A DNA stretch of 64,000 nucleotides, taken from contig NZ_CP048914.1 in assembly GCF_014023125.1 (NCBI RefSeq), forward strand, positions 708,698 to 772,697, given 5' to 3'. Every line of letters starts with the position of its first letter. The stretch's first letter is position 1. This DNA is from Candidatus Xianfuyuplasma coldseepsis. Its GTDB lineage: Bacteria > Bacillota_I > Bacilli_A > Izemoplasmatales > Izemoplasmataceae. Shown piece by piece: positions 60,516 to 64,000 of this stretch. Both the position numbers and the translations under genes were made by a program. The notes below the pieces were generated by a model. It searched no databases, was not told where the DNA came from, and saw only the letters and a program-made list of their open reading frames with translations.

Positions 60516-62168
60516 TTATTTTGCCTTTGGTTTGTAGGACGAACGTAGTTCGACTACTCGATTGAATACAATATAATCTTTTGTCGTGTCTGAATCAACA
60601 CTGTAGTAGCCATTTCGAGCAAATTGGAATGTATCTCCAATGTTTGGATTAATATGTTCTTCGATAAATCCTTCTTTGACAATTAAACTTTCAGGATTGA
60701 TTTTTTCACGGAATGGTGTATCTTTATCATCCATATCTGTTATCAATTCATCAAAAAGACGAATTTCTGCTTTCTTATTGTGAGTAGCATCTACAAAATG
60801 AATGTTTCCGTTTGGTTTGCGATCATTAAACCCGGATCCTGATTTGGTATTTGGATCGTATGTACAGTGAACTTCAATGATGTTTCCATCGTCATCCTTG
60901 ACAACAGAGTTCGCTTTGACAAAGTAGGCATGCATTAGGCGTACTTCAACATCTAGAGCTAAACGTCGCCATTTTTTGTTTGGTTTCTGTTCGATAAAGT
61001 CTTCGCGTTCAATATATACTTCCCGACTGAAAGGAATGCTTTTGCTTCCTAAGTCTGGATTTTCGCGATTATTGACAACATCTAAGTATTCTACTTGTCC
61101 TTCTGGATAATTATCAATCACAAGTTTTAATGGATCGAGTACCGCAAAGGTTACGGGTGCATCGTGTTTTAGATGATCACGAACGTATTGGTATAGCATA
61201 TCAATTTCGGTTTCACCTTGGCTTTTTGGTAATCCTAGGGCAATGATAAAATCATGAATCGCCATCGGTGGAATTCCGCGACGACGAAGCCCGCTTAAAG
61301 TAATCAGACGAGGATCGTCCCAGCCCATTACTAAGCCTTCTTCCACTAATTGCTTAATGTATCGTTTACCCGTTACAGCACCAGCTATATACAGTTTACC
61401 AAATTCGATTTGACGTGGTACTTCTTCCATTTCACAATGTTCGACAACCCAGTCATATAATGGACGATGGTCTTCAAATTCTAAGCTACATAAACTATGC
61501 GTGATTCCTTCAATTGCATCCTCAATTGGATGCGCATAATCATACATCGGATAAATACACCATTTGTCACCGGTATTATGATGTGTTGCTCGTTGGATTC
61601 GATAAATAACAGGATCTCGTAAGTTAATATTTGGACTTGCCATGTCGATTTTTGCCCGAAGGACACGAGATCCATCATCGAATTGGCCATCTTTCATTGC
61701 AATAAATAGATCCATATTCTCTTTAATAGAGCGGTTACGATAAGGACTTTCTTTACCGGGCGTGGTGAAATCACCACGATACTCGCGAATTTCCTCTGCG
61801 CTTAAATCATCGACATAGGCATCGCCCTTTTCTATCAGCAATAATGCCCGTTTATACATTTCATCAAAATAGTCGCTAGCGAATAGGAGATTCTTCCAAT
61901 GACAGCCCAACCAAGCGATATCCTTCTTGATACCTTCAACAAAAACCGTGTCTTCTTTCACGGGGTTGGTGTCGTCAAAACGAAGATTAAAATACCCACC
62001 ATGTTGTTGAGCCATCGTATAGTTCGTAATGATGGCACGCGCATGTCCTAAATGTAGTAGTCCATTAGGTTCTGGAGGAAATCGTGTGATTGCCTTTTCA
62101 TGTTTACCACTGCGGATATCCTCTTCAATAATTGTGTTTATAAAATGATTAATTTCCATTGTTTTCAC
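60516..62168 (-). CDS. glnS: Glutaminyl-tRNA synthetase
   Basis: RFPPEPNG-LHLGHA (HIGH) and NLRFDDTNP, which are closely GlnRS-like. About 550 aa. Confidence 0.8.
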   Translation of the reverse strand: MKTMEINHFINTIIEEDIRSGKHEKAITRFPPEPNGLLHLGHARAIITNYTMAQQHGGYFNLRFDDTNPVKEDTVFVEGIKKDIAWLGCHWKNLLFASDYFDEMYKRALLLIEKGDAYVDDLSAEEIREYRGDFTTPGKESPYRNRSIKENMDLFIAMKDGQFDDGSRVLRAKIDMASPNINLRDPVIYRIQRATHHNTGDKWCIYPMYDYAHPIEDAIEGITHSLCSLEFEDHRPLYDWVVEHCEMEEVPRQIEFGKLYIAGAVTGKRYIKQLVEEGLVMGWDDPRLITLSGLRRRGIPPMAIHDFIIALGLPKSQGETEIDMLYQYVRDHLKHDAPVTFAVLDPLKLVIDNYPEGQVEYLDVVNNRENPDLGSKSIPFSREVYIEREDFIEQKPNKKWRRLALDVEVRLMHAYFVKANSVVKDDDGNIIEVHCTYDPNTKSGSGFNDRKPNGNIHFVDATHNKKAEIRLFDELITDMDDKDTPFREKINPESLIVKEGFIEEHINPNIGDTFQFARNGYYSVDSDTTKDYIVFNRVVELRSSYKPKAK

Positions 62169-62306
62169 CCTTCTATATACTGTTTAGTTATGTCTATACT
62201 GTTTGATTATTCGGGTGTTCTGCTGGACCTTCATATATCTCACCTACTTCACTTATGTAGATATTGTATATTTTAACACATTTTTTTACAAGAGAAAAAC
62301 CGAGAA

Positions 62307-63293
62307 TTACGATTTCTTCTCGGTTTTCGCTTTAATCTCTTTAAATTCTTGTAGACTTTGGTTAAATACACCGCTTTTCTTTCCAATCCATCCAAAGAAT
62401 CGTTCATCTGCAAGGACATCTTGGGCGACGGAATCAATTTCGAGGTAGTTGTCATTTAAATACGTAATGAAATCTTCAACGGTTTTGTATTTTTTACGTC
62501 GGAACTTATATAGATTTTGATCTTTTACATCTTCAATACCCTGACCTTTTTTCTCACGTTTTTTGCGTCGTCTAAGCTCTTTACGAGAGTATTTCTTGCG
62601 GTCTCGTCGTTTTAATTTTTTCTTTTTCAACTTGCTGGTTTCAAAGAATGTGTTTAAATCAACTTTTTCTTCTTCTGTAACAACATCTTCTACCGGTGGT
62701 GCAATCATATCTTCCGGTCGTTTTTGTGGTTGTTCCTCCACAACCTTGTGTCGGCGTTTTTTCCGTTTGTTACGTTTCTCTTCTTTTTCTCGCTCTAATC
62801 GTTCTTGTTCCAGGCGTTTTCGTTCTTTTCGGGATAGTTTCTTTTGCGGTAAATCACAAGCATCAACATCGGTCCAAACAAATCCTTGTTGAACTACTGG
62901 ACTGTCATCTGGTTCTTCCTCAACCGTTTCTGGTTTCGGCATTTTTACTTCTTCAGAGTCTTCTTGATTCTCTTCAAGAATCTCTTGAATGATGTCTTGG
63001 GATTCCTCTGAGATGGGTTCGGTAGTGATTGCTTCAACGAGTTCTTCTTCATCTTCTACATCTCTAGATTTAGCGGTTTCCTGTTCATCTAGTTCGATTG
63101 TTTCTTCTTGATTTTCTACGACTTGATGATTAGGTTTAGCTTCGAGTTCTTCGTCGACTTCGGGTTGAACTTGATCTTGTTTCGGAGTGCTTTCCTCATC
63201 GATAGCTTGTGCAATGTCAGCAGCTGTTACAACGAGTTCATCTTCTAAAAGACGTTCAATTTGTTGTTGTTTCTTATTCTTTTTCTTAAACAC
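62307..63293 (-). CDS. Highly charged Glu/Lys/Arg-rich protein, unknown function
   Basis: 328 aa with long EEE/KKR tracts, then a C-terminal conserved-looking domain (YITYLNDNYLEIDSVAQDVLADERFFGWIGKK). Confidence 0.5.
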   Translation of the reverse strand: MFKKKNKKQQQIERLLEDELVVTAADIAQAIDEESTPKQDQVQPEVDEELEAKPNHQVVENQEETIELDEQETAKSRDVEDEEELVEAITTEPISEESQDIIQEILEENQEDSEEVKMPKPETVEEEPDDSPVVQQGFVWTDVDACDLPQKKLSRKERKRLEQERLEREKEEKRNKRKKRRHKVVEEQPQKRPEDMIAPPVEDVVTEEEKVDLNTFFETSKLKKKKLKRRDRKKYSRKELRRRKKREKKGQGIEDVKDQNLYKFRRKKYKTVEDFITYLNDNYLEIDSVAQDVLADERFFGWIGKKSGVFNQSLQEFKEIKAKTEKKS

Positions 63294-63942
63294 TTAACCA
63301 CCCCATTTGCATGAGGATACCTAGTCCAATAAAAGCAACATAGGCTAGTACTGCAAAAACATACATCCAGCGTAGTGCACGACGGAATGTTTTGTAATAT
63401 TTCGTCATGATGTCATACTTACGTTCAATCATTTGAACATAGTCTTTTAGACGTTGCAACCAGATTTCTGGTTCTTCTAGTTTGGACAGTTCTAATACAG
63501 ATTTTTGTGGTTTCTTAATGACACGTTCAACATAATCTTCTAAGTATCCTGCTTGTTTCAGTCGGGCATCTTTCATATCTTGGTCCCATTTGTCGAATGT
63601 TTTAATCGCGTGTTTGCTTTTTTCACTACGAATATCCCGCATATAACGACTAAAGAAGTTGTTTGATACGGCAAATAGAACAAATAGCAGGATTCCAAAA
63701 TTCGCAATTAATGCCATCCACCAGTATTGGATTAACAACTCTTCATAATATTCAATAAATGGTGTGATAAATCCTAGGAATGGGGATTTAAGGCTATCTG
63801 GTGATACCATCAGCATCATTCCTAAAACTGCCATAAGAACGGCAAATAGGAAGAATATCTTACTGGCTTTTTTGTATTTTTTGTTCTTTTTTGGAAAACG
63901 ACTGATCATTTCCTTGAGATTTTCCATTTGACGTATTGACAT
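63286..63942 (-). CDS. Membrane protein (2-4 TM), unknown function, overlapping the downstream charged-protein gene
   Basis: Hydrophobic segments. An 8-nt overlap suggests an operon. Confidence 0.5.
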   Translation of the reverse strand: MSIRQMENLKEMISRFPKKNKKYKKASKIFFLFAVLMAVLGMMLMVSPDSLKSPFLGFITPFIEYYEELLIQYWWMALIANFGILLFVLFAVSNNFFSRYMRDIRSEKSKHAIKTFDKWDQDMKDARLKQAGYLEDYVERVIKKPQKSVLELSKLEEPEIWLQRLKDYVQMIERKYDIMTKYYKTFRRALRWMYVFAVLAYVAFIGLGILMQMGWLSV

Positions 63943-63955
63943 TTCCCGATATTCT

Positions 63956-64000
63956 TCAACCCAACCATCTAAAATATCGTATAAGATGCTTTCTCGATGA
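63956..64000 (-). CDS. 3' end of a gene running off the window (C-terminus ...SSRKHLIRYFRWLG)
   Basis: An open frame from the window edge to TGA at 63956-63958. Confidence 0.25.
   Translation of the reverse strand, partial: SSRKHLIRYFRWLG

Noticed and set aside
62563-62992. Plus-strand ORFs rich in Ser/Phe/Arg inside the charged-protein gene
   Set aside because: They are mirror-image artefacts of the GAA/AAG-rich minus-strand gene.

Overview
This is a low-GC, Firmicutes-type chromosomal segment. The synteny hprK–lgt–trxB–whiA–acpS–tex, uvrA–ligA–pcrA, mgsA, a direct GlnRS and the AmmeMemoRadiSam genes all fit that. The core genome (about 1-4.7 kb and 21.9-64 kb) is interrupted by a roughly 17-kb genomic island inserted at the 3' end of a tRNA-Trp gene. 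A 48-bp direct repeat (47/48 identical) marks the left island end at 4768-4815 and the tRNA-Trp 3' end at 21773-21820. A tyrosine integrase with an unusual C-terminal Zn-ribbon/HNH-like extension sits next to the intact tRNA-Trp–tRNA-Tyr pair. The island carries a complete Type I R-M system (hsdM-hsdS-hsdR). This is preceded by a small DUF4357-like gene and followed, with overlapping or tightly spaced ORFs, by an AbiGi-like gene and a GIY-YIG-like nuclease gene. Further downstream on the same strand are a standalone PIN-like protein, an XRE-HTH/helical-repeat protein translationally coupled to a 2-TM membrane protein, an SSB-like OB-fold protein and a SHOCT-domain protein. A convergent RecA-superfamily ATPase, a serine recombinase and an XRE repressor with two palindromic operators complete the element. 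Most of the small cargo genes have no assignable function and are the best candidates for an undescribed anti-phage module riding on the R-M operon. To the left, a roughly 1.4-kb segment (3360-4767) is bounded by a duplicated copy of the terminator/junction sequence and contains a degenerate tRNA-like remnant, which suggests an older integration scar. The core region encodes a copper P-type ATPase with an ArsR/SmtB regulator and a candidate operator palindrome, an ABC-2 transporter, a flotillin, an M3 oligoendopeptidase, AmrS plus a fused AmrB-AmrA, an arsenate reductase, tRNA-Glu and tRNA-Ser, and DNA repair and housekeeping genes. No CRISPR array and no rRNA were seen.
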